Shown here: in pieces, positions 20,846-30,420 of the stretch
How positions within the stretch are numbered: the stretch's first letter is position 1
Layout: the number at the start of each line of letters is the position of its first letter
Assembly: GCA_036229005.1 (NCBI GenBank)
Contig: JAZAMN010000027.1
Coordinates: forward strand, 1 to 38,286
Direction of reading: 5' to 3'
Length of the DNA: 38,286 nt
From: Myxococcota bacterium
Lineage (GTDB): Bacteria > Myxococcota_A > UBA796 > CAJQPC01
Notes under the pieces: model-generated
Told to the model about the DNA's origin: nothing
Database searches by the model: none
The model's input: the letters and a program-made list of their open reading frames with translations, nothing else
Position numbers and translations under genes: made by a program

Positions 20846-22029
20846 AGGACCAGGGCCATGGACTTGGCCTCCTGCATCCACCAGCGCAGGGCGCCCGCGT
20901 CCTTCGCCAGGGCCTTCCAGCTCGCGATGGGCCAGCAGGCCACGACCAGCGCCGGCAGCAGCAGCGCGACCCAGCCTCGGTGCAGCCTGCCCTCCCACAG
21001 CGCCACGCTCAGGGCCACCCAGGCCGGCAGGGCCCAGACCACGTGGTGCTCGTAGGTGTAGACCGGGGTCAGGGCCATCAGGATGAAGAGGGCCGAGGTG
21101 CCCAGGAGCGCGGGCAGGGGATCCCGCACCTTCCGGGTGGCTGCGAACACGCACACCACGAGGATCAGGACCGACAGCGAGGTCACGCGGTGCGCGATCG
21201 GCGAGAGGGCATCGGGCGCGGGCCAGAGCTGGGCCCACAGGTTGGCGATGGAGTGGTTGCCGAAGAGGCTGATCGGCACGGTCAGCCCGCCGTACCCACC
21301 GCTCGAGAAGCTGGGGAGCACGTCCATGTAGAAGTGGAGCTGCTGCTCCCAGCCCAGCACCGGGAGGGTGGCCACGGACAGCAGGATCGCGGCCCCGACG
21401 GCGCCTGCGGCTGCTCTCCACTGTCCTCGCAGGAGCCACCAGGCCACCAGGAGTCCGGGGGACATCTTGAGCATGGCGGCGAGCCCCACCAGCGCGCCAG
21501 CGGACACCTGCCAGCCGCTCTCCTCCCGCGACAGCGACAGGTGCATCCCCCACAGAGTCAGCGCGAGCACGGGGAGGTTCATCTGCCCCATCAGGTGGTT
21601 GTTGGGGATGGGGGAGAAGGCGGCCAGCAGCACGCCCATCGCGACCAGCGCGCCCGGTCGGGGCAGCCAGCGGTAGAGGGCCAGTCCGGCCGCGAGCAGA
21701 GCCAGGGCGTCCAGCCAGAACCACAGCTTGTACGCGGACTCCAGGCTCAGCGGGCGGGTCCACTGCATCGCGAGCAGGAAAGGCGGCGGGTAGAAGAAGG
21801 GGTGAACCGACTTGCGGGTCTTCTCCTGCCTGGCGAGCTGCCCCAGGACCTTGGCGTCGTAGGGATCCAGGCCCTGCTCGGCGGCCTGTACGGCGTAGTG
21901 GTAGCTGGCGAAGTCGCGGCCGTGGCGCGCCGTGCGGGTCTGCTCCCAGGCGGGCATGAGGGCCGCGCCGTGGATCAGGGCGCCCAGGAGCAGGGCGAGC
22001 CAGGGGAGCCAGCGTTTGGAGGGGGACAC
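20782..22029 (-). CDS. GT-C glycosyltransferase, family 87/DUF2029-like
   Basis: RDFASYH, DPY, FFYPP, GQMN, LKMSP, NHS, EHH motifs; many TM segments. Confidence 0.85.
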   Translation of the reverse strand: MSPSKRWLPWLALLLGALIHGAALMPAWEQTRTARHGRDFASYHYAVQAAEQGLDPYDAKVLGQLARQEKTRKSVHPFFYPPPFLLAMQWTRPLSLESAYKLWFWLDALALLAAGLALYRWLPRPGALVAMGVLLAAFSPIPNNHLMGQMNLPVLALTLWGMHLSLSREESGWQVSAGALVGLAAMLKMSPGLLVAWWLLRGQWRAAAGAVGAAILLSVATLPVLGWEQQLHFYMDVLPSFSSGGYGGLTVPISLFGNHSIANLWAQLWPAPDALSPIAHRVTSLSVLILVVCVFAATRKVRDPLPALLGTSALFILMALTPVYTYEHHVVWALPAWVALSVALWEGRLHRGWVALLLPALVVACWPIASWKALAKDAGALRWWMQEAKSMALVLQLSLSSWLAFSLSRVRRRAD

Positions 22030-22065
22030 GGCCCGCTTCTAACCGGTGGATTGGGTGGAGCAGGC

Positions 22066-22305
22066 GCGCAACCCGGTGTGAGTGCACCAAGCCAGCGCAA
22101 CCCGGTGTGAGTGCACCAGCGCGCAACCCGGTGTGAGTGCACCAAGCCAGCGCGCAACCCGGTGTGAGTGCACCATGCAGGCGCCGATTGCGCTCCAGAA
22201 TCCCGCTTTCGCCGGCGTCGCGGTGCATTCGGTCGGGGTTGTGTCGCCGCCGGGTGCACTCGGTCGGGGTTGTGTCGCCGCCGGGTGCACTCGGTCGGGG
22301 TTGCG
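22066..22305. repeat. Bipartite REP-like array, GTTG variant: 4 direct plus 3 inverted units
   Basis: CGCAAC-N10-TGCACC at 22067, 22096, 22122, 22153; inverted GGTGCA-N10-GTTG(T/C)G at 22222, 22253, 22284 (31-bp period). Confidence 0.9.
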
Positions 22306-22311
22306 TCCGCC

Positions 22312-22665
22312 TCAGGTCCCCTCGGGTGCGCAGCGCAGCCACCACTGCAGGCGCATCAGGTCGTCCTCGTCCACGCCGCCGTTGGGGGGCATGGTCGGGC
22401 TGTCGCTGGTGGTGGTGTAGAGGATGCCGCCGGCGTTCGCCCAGACCTGGTCCACCGTGTCGAAGGTCACGTTCTCGGGGGCGCCGTAGCGCTCGGTCGC
22501 CGTGCTGGCGTGGCAGCCCTGGCAGTTGCCCACCATGAAGCCCTCCCCAAAGTTGTTCCAGCGGACCACCGGGGCGTCGGCGCAGAAGTCCTCCGCCCCC
22601 GTGTCCGTGGGGGTGCTGTCCACCGGGGCTTCCCGGCAGGACAGCGCCAGCAGGGCCCAGATCAA
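22312..22665 (-). CDS. Small c-type cytochrome lipoprotein
   Basis: Lipobox LALSC; heme motif CQGCH; MPP axial-ligand motif; TTG start overlapping upstream stop. Confidence 0.8.
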   Translation of the reverse strand: MIWALLALSCREAPVDSTPTDTGAEDFCADAPVVRWNNFGEGFMVGNCQGCHASTATERYGAPENVTFDTVDQVWANAGGILYTTTSDSPTMPPNGGVDEDDLMRLQWWLRCAPEGT

Positions 22666-23228
22666 CCCAGCAGCCCGCCGAGCACGCCGCCCAGGCCACC
22701 GCCTTCGCCCTTGTCGTCGTCATCCTTGTCCAGGGCCGCGGCCAGCATCGGGGCCACCGCCAGGATGGTCTGCAGGGTGCCGGGCTTCACGCGGGACTTG
22801 AGGAAGTTCAGGATCAGGGGCGCAACCAGCGCGGCCTTTCCCGGCTCCACGTCGAACTCGGAGAGCACAGCGACCACGGCCACGGTGTCCTTGGCTTCCT
22901 GACCACCCAGCGCGCCGGCCGCCGCGCCCAGCAGGCCGCCCATGCCGCCGCCGGACTGACCACCGCCGCCCAGCGCACCTGCAGCCGCGCCCAGCAGGCC
23001 GCCCATCCCGCCCTGGGAGGCCTCGCCGCCGCCGCCCAGCAGATCGCCCGCCTGGGACTTCCAGTCGCCCAGCTCCGGTACCGCCTCAGCGATCTCGGCG
23101 GCCTTCTGCTCGCCGCCCTCTTCGTCCTTGACCGCGTTCTGCACGCCGCCGATCACGGTGCCGGCCAGGGCCTGCGCCTGCTTCTCTTCGATGCCGAGCT
23201 GTCCGGCGAGCTGTCCGATGAGATCCAT
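22662..23228 (-). CDS. Gly-rich helical protein (DUF2780/DUF937-like)
   Basis: AGGAGG RBS; MDLIGQLAGQLGI...QA start; duplicated GGMGGLLGAAAGALGG; GGVLGGLLG tail. Confidence 0.6.
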   Translation of the reverse strand: MDLIGQLAGQLGIEEKQAQALAGTVIGGVQNAVKDEEGGEQKAAEIAEAVPELGDWKSQAGDLLGGGGEASQGGMGGLLGAAAGALGGGGQSGGGMGGLLGAAAGALGGQEAKDTVAVVAVLSEFDVEPGKAALVAPLILNFLKSRVKPGTLQTILAVAPMLAAALDKDDDDKGEGGGLGGVLGGLLG

Positions 23229-23363
23229 TGGGTCCTCCTTGGGGTCCACACCCCCCTAAGCGCGTCGAGGGACCGTCACTCTGACATGCCTGTGCACTCT
23301 CCAGGAGTCCGGCCGTCACGCACCCCCGCGCCGCGCTACCCTTGCAGCCTGGAGGTAGTACAC

Positions 23364-25706
23364 GTGAGCGGGATCTTTCTCGGGCAGGACGTCGACACGC
23401 AGGCCCCCTACACCCTGCGCCCCAAGGACCTTCGCACCCACGGCGTCGTCCTGGGCATGACCGGCTCCGGCAAGACCGGCCTGGCCCTGGTCCTGCTCGA
23501 AGAGCTCGTCCGCGAGGGCGTCCCCATCATCGCCCTGGACCCCAAGGGCGACCTGGGCAACCTCGCCCTGCTCTTCCCCCAGCTCCAGGCCAGCGACTTC
23601 GCCCCCTGGGCCGACGGCAAGGACCCCGCCCAGCTCGCCGAGCGCTGGCGCAGCGGCCTGGGCAAGTGGGGCCTCGGCCCCGAGGCCATCGATCAGCTCA
23701 AGTCCGGCATGGACCTGTCCCTGTTCACCCCCGGCTCCACCGCCGGTCAGCCCGTCAACGTGCTCGGCGCCCTGCGCCGCCCCCACCCCAACGTCCTGGA
23801 CGACCCCGAGGGCCGCCGCGGCCTCATCTCCGGCGTGGTCTCCGGCCTGCTGGGTCTGGTCGGTGTCTCCGCCGACCCCGTGCGCGACCCCGAGCACATC
23901 GTGCTCTCCCAGATCCTGGAGACCGCCTGGATCAATGGCCAGGACCTGGATCTCGAGGGCCTCATCCTCCAGCTCGTCGACCCGCCCTTCTCCAAGGTCG
24001 GCGTCTTCCCCCTGGACACCTTCTTCAAGCCCGACGACCGCATGAAGCTGGCCATGGCCTTCAACGGCGTCATCGCCAGCCCCAGCTTCGCCACCTGGAC
24101 CCAGGGCGCCGACCTGGACATCGACCGCATGCTGCGCACCGACGGCCCCACGCCGGTGAACGTCTTCGCGATGTCCCACCTGAGCGAGCCCGAGCGCCAG
24201 TTCTTCACCAGCCTGATCCTGGGCCGCATCCTGGCCTGGAGCCGCACCCAGCCCGGCACCGAGCGCCTGCGCGCCGTGCTCTTCTTCGACGAGGTCGCCG
24301 GCTACCTGCCCCCGCACCCCAAGAACCCGCCCAGCAAGGCCCCCATCCTGACCATGATGAAGCAGGCCCGCGCCATGGGCCTGGGCGTCGTGCTGGCCAC
24401 CCAGAACCCCGTCGACCTGGACTACAAGGCCCTCTCCAACGCCGGCATGTGGGCCGTCGGTCGCCTCCGCACCGAGCAGGACCGCAAGCGCGTGCTGGCC
24501 GGCATCCCGGGCGAAGGCCTCGACGACCGCGTCGCCGGCCTCAACAAGCGGGAGTTCCTGGTCGCGCTGGCCAAGGGAGGGCACAGTGTGGTCGGCTCTC
24601 GCCATGCCATGTGCTACCTCCGGGGACCCTTCACCCTCCAGGAGATCCGCACTCTGGGCGCCAGCGAGGACACGCTGAGCCGCACCTCGCCGGCGGACGG
24701 GAGTGTCGAGCAGGCCCCGGCCACCCCCCAGCCCCAGGCGGTGAGCCAACAAGCTGACGATGGCCTGCTGCCCGCTCCTCCCCCGGTGGACCTGCCCATG
24801 TTCACGCTGGACCCGCGGGTGGCCTTCGCCGAGCGCTTCGGTGGGGTGTTCTCCGAGGGCGCAAAGCCCGCGCGGGAGGACGGCAAGATCGAGTTTCAAC
24901 CTGCAGTCTACGCGGAGCTCTCCCTGCGTTTTGATGAGCGCACCGGGTTCGTGGAGGACAAGCACGAGCACCGCGTCTGGTTCCCGCTGGGGCAGCGCCT
25001 GTCGGCCCACTCCCACACCGTCGCGATCGAGGCCCGGGACCTGCTGAGCGACCCGCCGGACAACGGGCGCTTTGGCGCTCTGCCCGAGTGGCTGGACGAG
25101 GAGCGGGAGCTCAAGGCGCTGCAGAAGCAGGTCGAAGAGGACCTCTACCGGACGGAGACCACGGGCATGTTTGTTTGCCCGCCGCTCAAGCTCTACGGCA
25201 AGGCCGGCGAGTCGCGAGAGGACTTCCTGGCGCGCTGCGAGGCCGTGGTCGACGAGAACATCGACGCGAAGGTCGCCAAGCTGCGGGACAGCTACGAGAC
25301 CAAGGCCGACCGGCTGCAGGACCGCATCGCCAAGAAGGAGAGCGCGATCAACCGCCTGGAGCAGGACCTCAAGGCGCGGCAGGCGGCCGAGGTCGTGAAC
25401 GTGGGCGAGATGATCCTGGGGGCCTTCATGGGGCGGAGGAGGAGGACGGTCTCGGGTGCGATGAGCAGGAGGACCACAACGATGCGGGCCAAGGCCCGCG
25501 TGGGGGAGGCGCAGGACGATCTCGAGCGCATGATGTCCGAAGTCGAGGAGCTGCGTGTCGAGCTGGACGACAAGATCGCGGACATCGAGGACAGTGAGCG
25601 CAAGGACCTGCAGGCCATCGAAGCCCGTGAGGTACGCTTGGACAAGTCCGACATCCAGCTCCGGCGCTTCGCCGTGCTCTGGGTGCCGGTGACCCGGAGG
25701 ATCTGA
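23364..25706 (+). CDS. FtsK/HerA-superfamily ATPase (DUF87/DUF853-like) with C-terminal coiled coil
   Basis: GGAGG RBS then GTG; THGVVLGMTGSGKT Walker A, DPKGD, FFDE Walker B, QAR..G, ATQNP. Confidence 0.85.
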   Translation: MSGIFLGQDVDTQAPYTLRPKDLRTHGVVLGMTGSGKTGLALVLLEELVREGVPIIALDPKGDLGNLALLFPQLQASDFAPWADGKDPAQLAERWRSGLGKWGLGPEAIDQLKSGMDLSLFTPGSTAGQPVNVLGALRRPHPNVLDDPEGRRGLISGVVSGLLGLVGVSADPVRDPEHIVLSQILETAWINGQDLDLEGLILQLVDPPFSKVGVFPLDTFFKPDDRMKLAMAFNGVIASPSFATWTQGADLDIDRMLRTDGPTPVNVFAMSHLSEPERQFFTSLILGRILAWSRTQPGTERLRAVLFFDEVAGYLPPHPKNPPSKAPILTMMKQARAMGLGVVLATQNPVDLDYKALSNAGMWAVGRLRTEQDRKRVLAGIPGEGLDDRVAGLNKREFLVALAKGGHSVVGSRHAMCYLRGPFTLQEIRTLGASEDTLSRTSPADGSVEQAPATPQPQAVSQQADDGLLPAPPPVDLPMFTLDPRVAFAERFGGVFSEGAKPAREDGKIEFQPAVYAELSLRFDERTGFVEDKHEHRVWFPLGQRLSAHSHTVAIEARDLLSDPPDNGRFGALPEWLDEERELKALQKQVEEDLYRTETTGMFVCPPLKLYGKAGESREDFLARCEAVVDENIDAKVAKLRDSYETKADRLQDRIAKKESAINRLEQDLKARQAAEVVNVGEMILGAFMGRRRRTVSGAMSRRTTTMRAKARVGEAQDDLERMMSEVEELRVELDDKIADIEDSERKDLQAIEAREVRLDKSDIQLRRFAVLWVPVTRRI

Positions 25707-25708
25707 GG

Positions 25709-26371
25709 ATGTTTCTGCTCTTTGCCGCAACGGCGTTCGCCCAGGAGGACGCCGAGTGGGCCGCTTCCAAGAAGGTCATCTTCCTGGAGCGCAGCGTCTG
25801 GATCCACGCCCCCGCGGAGACCGTTCGGGCCACCGCCAGCGACCTGCACACCTGGCAGGAGTGGACCGCCTGGAACAACGAGGTGGACCCCGAGTGCACC
25901 TGGGAGTTCGTGGACGTCGACGGCGTCGTCGGCGACGAGATGAGCTGGGACGGCCCCGAGCTCAAGACCGGCCGGCAGGTGCTCACCGGGTATACAAACG
26001 GCGAGCTGGCCTTCGACACCTACTTTGGCAAGAACCCCGACCCCAGCAGCGGGCGCTTCCTCTTTGAGGAGGTCGAGGGGGGCACGCAGGTCACGTGGCA
26101 GATGCGCTTGGAGGCCAACCTATTCCTGCGGCTCTTCCGCAAGTCCATGGAACAGGCGCTGGGTCGCGACTTCGAGGAAGGGCTGGCCGGCCTCAAGGAG
26201 ATGACCGAGGCCCAGGCCGCCGCGGACCGGGCGGCGCTGGAGAAGGCCGCTGCGGAGGCGAAGGCCGCGGAGGAGGCTGCCGCCGCTGAGGCTGCCAAGG
26301 CGGCGGAGGAGGCTGCTGCGCAGGAGGCGGCTGAGGGTGCGGAAGGGGCGGTTGAGGACGCGGCGGAGTAG
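25709..26371 (+). CDS. Secreted SRPBCC/polyketide cyclase-like protein with Ala/Glu-rich tail
   Basis: Signal peptide; ERSVWIHAP, WQEWTAW, GGTQVTW, DFEEGLAGLK. Confidence 0.82.
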   Translation: MFLLFAATAFAQEDAEWAASKKVIFLERSVWIHAPAETVRATASDLHTWQEWTAWNNEVDPECTWEFVDVDGVVGDEMSWDGPELKTGRQVLTGYTNGELAFDTYFGKNPDPSSGRFLFEEVEGGTQVTWQMRLEANLFLRLFRKSMEQALGRDFEEGLAGLKEMTEAQAAADRAALEKAAAEAKAAEEAAAAEAAKAAEEAAAQEAAEGAEGAVEDAAE

Positions 26372-26392
26372 ACTCGGCTCCTGGAGGACCTT

Positions 26393-27679
26393 GTGAGCGA
26401 GGCTGTTCAAGCACTGAGGCTGTCGGGGTTCAGCATCGAGAACCTGGGGGGGATCGAGCACCTGGAGGTTGAGGGGCTGCCCGAGGCGAAGGGCGGGCAG
26501 TGGATCGTGGTGCTCGGGGACAATGGGTCGGGCAAGAGCTCGTTGTTGAGGGGCTTGGCGCTTTCCGCTTTGAGTTGGAACGGCGGCACGCCAGTTGGTC
26601 TTCTGGAGACCACGCCGCTCGCGCTGCGGCGGGAGGGCTCCCTGGCCAGGCTGTCGTTTGGGATTCGGTGGGACGTCTCCTCCCTCAAGGCCCAGAGAGA
26701 CGGCGTCTGGTCGACGGGTCCGAACGCTTCCCGGTCGGGATCCACTCATTTTCTGGCTGCGTATGGTGTGGCTCGGGGCGGAGCGCTGGCCGGACCAGAT
26801 CGAGCTGTAGACTTGGAGAATCCGTACGGGGCCGTCGCGACGCTGTTCGCACTTCCCAGTCAGCTTGTCCACGCCGAGACCTGGCTCGTTCAGGTGCGCT
26901 TTGAGGCCTTGGAGTCAGGGGACCCCCAGTTCTTCGACGCGGTGTCCTCGACGCTGCTGTCCCTGCTGCCAGGAGCCTCGAAGCTGGAGGTCAAGCGCGA
27001 GGGGGTGTGGATTGAGGGTGAGTTCGGTCGGGTCCCCCTCTCCGGCTTGAGTGACGGCTACATCACCACCCTGGGGTGGACCCTGGACCTGCTGGCCCGC
27101 TGGGAGAAGTGGGCACGAAGCAACGGTGTTCCGCTTGGCCAGAACTTCGCGAAGGAGATGACAGGACTCGTTCTGGTCGATGAACTGGACCTGCACCTGC
27201 ACCCTCGCTGGCAGCGAAACGTCATCGGCTCTCTGCGGAGAGCCTTCCCCAACCTGAGCTTTGTCTGCACCACCCACAACCCCCTCACGCTCCTGGGGGC
27301 GAAGCCGGGGGAGGTGTTTACCCTGGAGCAGGAGGAGGGTGGGCACGTCCTGATCCAGCGGGATCTGCCCAAGGGGATCCGGGCGGATCAGGTGCTGACT
27401 GGGCCTTGGTTTGGGCTGTCGTCAACACTGGACCGGGGGACGCTGCAGATGCTCGGGCGACATCGCAACCTCCTTGCGGATGGTGTTGCGCGCGATGACC
27501 CGGACCGTGTCGCGTTGGAGGGGCGAATCCGGAGCCGACTGGGCAGCTACGCCGAACTCAGTGAAGAGAGGCTTGCCCTGTCTGCTGTCCAACAGCTCTT
27601 CGAAGATGAGCCTGAGCTCAGCGCAGCAGACCGCATGCGAGCGCTTGATCTCCTCAACGAGCGCGTGGGGGAAGGGTGA
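26393..27679 (+). CDS. ABC/AAA ATPase, Septu PtuA-like
   Basis: GDNGSGKS Walker A, AYG..R, LSDGY signature, VLVDELDLHLHPRWQ, TTHNP. Confidence 0.85.
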   Translation: MSEAVQALRLSGFSIENLGGIEHLEVEGLPEAKGGQWIVVLGDNGSGKSSLLRGLALSALSWNGGTPVGLLETTPLALRREGSLARLSFGIRWDVSSLKAQRDGVWSTGPNASRSGSTHFLAAYGVARGGALAGPDRAVDLENPYGAVATLFALPSQLVHAETWLVQVRFEALESGDPQFFDAVSSTLLSLLPGASKLEVKREGVWIEGEFGRVPLSGLSDGYITTLGWTLDLLARWEKWARSNGVPLGQNFAKEMTGLVLVDELDLHLHPRWQRNVIGSLRRAFPNLSFVCTTHNPLTLLGAKPGEVFTLEQEEGGHVLIQRDLPKGIRADQVLTGPWFGLSSTLDRGTLQMLGRHRNLLADGVARDDPDRVALEGRIRSRLGSYAELSEERLALSAVQQLFEDEPELSAADRMRALDLLNERVGEG

Positions 27680-28542
27680 TTCGCCTCGGGGGGCGGCCGC
27701 CGGAGCCTGCGCAGTTCGCAGCGAAGGTTCGCCCGTTTGAGACCGCCGTTCAGGCTGCAGCGGCCTCTGGAGATTGGCCGGGATTCAGCGCGGTGTTCAA
27801 GAGCAAGCACAAGGCGAAGCCCAAGAACCTCGGCGGGGCCGTCTGGCAGGACTTCAAGGACCGATTCTATCGGGTCCAGCATGGACGCTGTGGATACTGT
27901 GACGCAGTCATCACTGGCTCGGACGGAGACGTCGAACACTACCGGCCCAAGGCCAAGGTACAGGAGCTGGGAAAGAAGGGGACCGAGTCCAGGGACGGTG
28001 TGAAGGTCTCTGGGCAAACGGCCAAGAAGAGCAGGAGCTTTGTTCCCGGCTACTGGTGGCTTGCGTTGACCTGGACGAACTACTTGTTCTCTTGCGAGGT
28101 CTGCAATCGCAAGTGGAAGAAGAACTTCTTCCACATCCAGGGGGGCCGAGCTGGGGCCCCTGCTCAGGGCTCAGAGGCTATCGAGACACCGCTTCTGATG
28201 ACCTGCTTCGATGGGCCTGACCCGATCCACCACCTTCGCTTCGACGACCTTGGACAGGTGGAGCCGCTGAACGGGAGTTCCTATGGTCGCCAGACGATCG
28301 ACCTCGTTGGACTGGATCGGGAGAGCCTTCGGGCAGCGAGGCAGGAGAAGGCTTTCAAAGCCCACCAGCTCTCGAAGCGTGTTCTCAATCGAGCCTTGTT
28401 GGAGGACTGGTCGGGCGTGAAAGAGTCCGCTCAGGATTTGTTGGACCTCGGTGAGGAGACCACGACCTTTGCCGGAGTGGTCCGCTGCATCGCTGCTGGA
28501 CACGGTCTGGCTTGGAACAAGGTGACCTTGCTGGCCCGCTAA
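27676..28542 (+). CDS. HNH endonuclease, PtuB/retron-effector-like
   Basis: GTGA overlap with the ATPase; RCGYCD, VEHYRPK, YWWLALTWTNYLFSCEVCN..K.N.F. Confidence 0.85.
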   Translation: MIRLGGRPPEPAQFAAKVRPFETAVQAAAASGDWPGFSAVFKSKHKAKPKNLGGAVWQDFKDRFYRVQHGRCGYCDAVITGSDGDVEHYRPKAKVQELGKKGTESRDGVKVSGQTAKKSRSFVPGYWWLALTWTNYLFSCEVCNRKWKKNFFHIQGGRAGAPAQGSEAIETPLLMTCFDGPDPIHHLRFDDLGQVEPLNGSSYGRQTIDLVGLDRESLRAARQEKAFKAHQLSKRVLNRALLEDWSGVKESAQDLLDLGEETTTFAGVVRCIAAGHGLAWNKVTLLAR

Positions 28543-29360
28543 GGCACATCCAACCGGGAAAACCGCCAAATCGCACCCGCCGTCACCACCACCAGCAGCA
28601 CCGCCAGCCCGTAGATCGGCTCCATCGGCCAGGCGGCCTCCTCGTAGCCGGCCCAGGCGTCGAAGGCGGAGCTGGGCATCCACTTGGCGACGGGCTCGGC
28701 CCACTCGACGCCCCAGATGGCGCCGGCGGCCTTGAGGCCCAGGTTGATCATGCGCTCGCCGATGAGGGTCAGGATGGTGCCCACGACCACACCAGCCACG
28801 CTGGGCGCGAAGGTGGAGACCAGCATGCCCAGGCCTATGAGGGCGGCGTCGCTGACCCAGCAGAGCAGGTAGCCCATGGACACGCCACGGATGGCCTCGT
28901 CGTGGCCCAGAAGTCCCCACCCGAGTCCGAGGGCCACGAGGTAGGAGAGGAGTAGGCAGGCGCCCGAGTAGATCCAGAGCGCGCTGAACTTGGCCATCAA
29001 CACGGACCCGCGGGAGACAGGGCGCAGGAGGAGCGAGCGCAGGGTGCGGCCAGACCACTCGCCGGCAAAGAGCTGGGCGGTGACCAGCAGCAGGATCATC
29101 GGCAGGATGAGCAGGTTGCGGCCGGTGAGGGTGTAGTCCAGGACGGTGTAGGCCTGGTCGGGGATCATCGACTGCATCATGGCGGCCTGCATGTCGACGT
29201 TGGCCGCGGGGTCCGGGGCGTCGGGCTGCATCCACCAGAGCGCCAGGCCCACCAGGATGGGGATCAGCAGGGACAGGCCCAGGCCGGCCCAGCCCGACAC
29301 GCGGGTGAGGACCTTGAGGAGCTCGGCGGCCACCATGCGGGGGAAGTGCTTGGGCATCAC
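28539..29360 (-). CDS. ABC-2 type transporter permease
   Basis: AELLK, AGEWSGRTLRSLLLRPVSR...MAKF motif; about 6 TM segments. Confidence 0.88.
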   Translation of the reverse strand: MMPKHFPRMVAAELLKVLTRVSGWAGLGLSLLIPILVGLALWWMQPDAPDPAANVDMQAAMMQSMIPDQAYTVLDYTLTGRNLLILPMILLLVTAQLFAGEWSGRTLRSLLLRPVSRGSVLMAKFSALWIYSGACLLLSYLVALGLGWGLLGHDEAIRGVSMGYLLCWVSDAALIGLGMLVSTFAPSVAGVVVGTILTLIGERMINLGLKAAGAIWGVEWAEPVAKWMPSSAFDAWAGYEEAAWPMEPIYGLAVLLVVVTAGAIWRFSRLDVP

Positions 29361-30298
29361 GCGACCTCGTCGGACTGGGTCAGGGAGAGGAACACGTCCT
29401 CGAGATCTCGGCCGGCGCCCAGGTAGGACACGGGCACGTCGGCCAGCACCAGGGCCTTGTTCAGGCCGGGGCCGTCCAGCTCGTCGAGCGCGACGATCAC
29501 GCCGTTCTCGCCCTCGCCCACCAGGGAGACGCCGGGCAGGTCCAGCAGCTTGGCGCGCAGCAGGTTCATGTCGGGGCTGCCGACCTCGATCTGGAGGCCG
29601 CCGGCGCCGTTGAGCAGCTCCTGCACGTCCCCCTCGGCCACCAAGCGGCCCTGCTGGATGATGCCGACGCGGGTGGCGACCGCCTCGACCTCCTTGAGGA
29701 TGTGGGAGGAGATGAAGATGGTCAGGCCGTCGTCCTTGGCCAGGGAGGCCACCAGGTCGCGCACGTCCTTCATGCCCTGGGGGTCCAGGCCGTTGGTGGG
29801 CTCGTCCAGCATCAGCAGCTTGGGGTCGCCCAGCAGGGCCCGGGCGATGCCCAGCCGCTGCTTCATGCCCAGCGAATAGCCGGAGACCTTGTCCTCGCCG
29901 CGCTTGCCCAGTCCGACCCGCTCCAGGGCAGACGGAATCCGGGAGTCAGGGACCCCCGCGTAGGCACACGCGATCACCAGATTCTGCCTCCCCGAGAGCC
30001 ACTCGTAGAAGCGCGGCGTCTCCACCAGCGCCCCGACGTGCTGCCGGCGCTTGACCGGGTCGGTCTCCCCGAAGATGGCGACCCGGCCGGCGTCTGCGCG
30101 GATGAGCCCCAGGATGCAGCGCATCGCGGTGGTCTTGCCGGCGCCGTTGGGCCCCAGGAAGCCGTAGACGGAGCCTTGGGTGACCTGCAGGTCCAGGTCG
30201 TCCACGGCCCAGCGCGCGCCGTAGCTGCGGCGCAGGTTGCTCACCTGGAGGGCGGGCACGTCGTTGGGCGGGGGTGCGGCCTTCTGGGCCAGGTCCAT
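29357..30298 (-). CDS. ABC transporter ATP-binding protein (BcrA-like)
   Basis: GPNGAGKT, YSLGMKQRLG, LDEPTNGLDP, SSH, LEDVFL. Confidence 0.93.
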   Translation of the reverse strand: MDLAQKAAPPPNDVPALQVSNLRRSYGARWAVDDLDLQVTQGSVYGFLGPNGAGKTTAMRCILGLIRADAGRVAIFGETDPVKRRQHVGALVETPRFYEWLSGRQNLVIACAYAGVPDSRIPSALERVGLGKRGEDKVSGYSLGMKQRLGIARALLGDPKLLMLDEPTNGLDPQGMKDVRDLVASLAKDDGLTIFISSHILKEVEAVATRVGIIQQGRLVAEGDVQELLNGAGGLQIEVGSPDMNLLRAKLLDLPGVSLVGEGENGVIVALDELDGPGLNKALVLADVPVSYLGAGRDLEDVFLSLTQSDEVA

Positions 30299-30420
30299 GG
30301 GGGCTCCGATCGTGGCAGGCCCCTATCCAATTGGAGCGCGGGCTGTCACCGGGGCTTTTCCCTGGTCTTGCGCGGAGGGGCCCTGGCTCGCGCTACTCTT
30401 GTCGCCCCAGGGAGGCCGCC

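Noticed and set aside
22066..22305. Integron attC sites or small coding ORFs in the repeat
   Set aside because: No RYYYAAC/GTTRRRY cassette structure or integrase; ORFs are just translated repeats
19138..22723. 990-aa and 925-aa Arg/Pro-rich ORFs
   Set aside because: Alternative frames across genes with clear motifs
26393..28542. Retron Ec78-type system
   Set aside because: No reverse transcriptase and no room for msr/msd next to the pair
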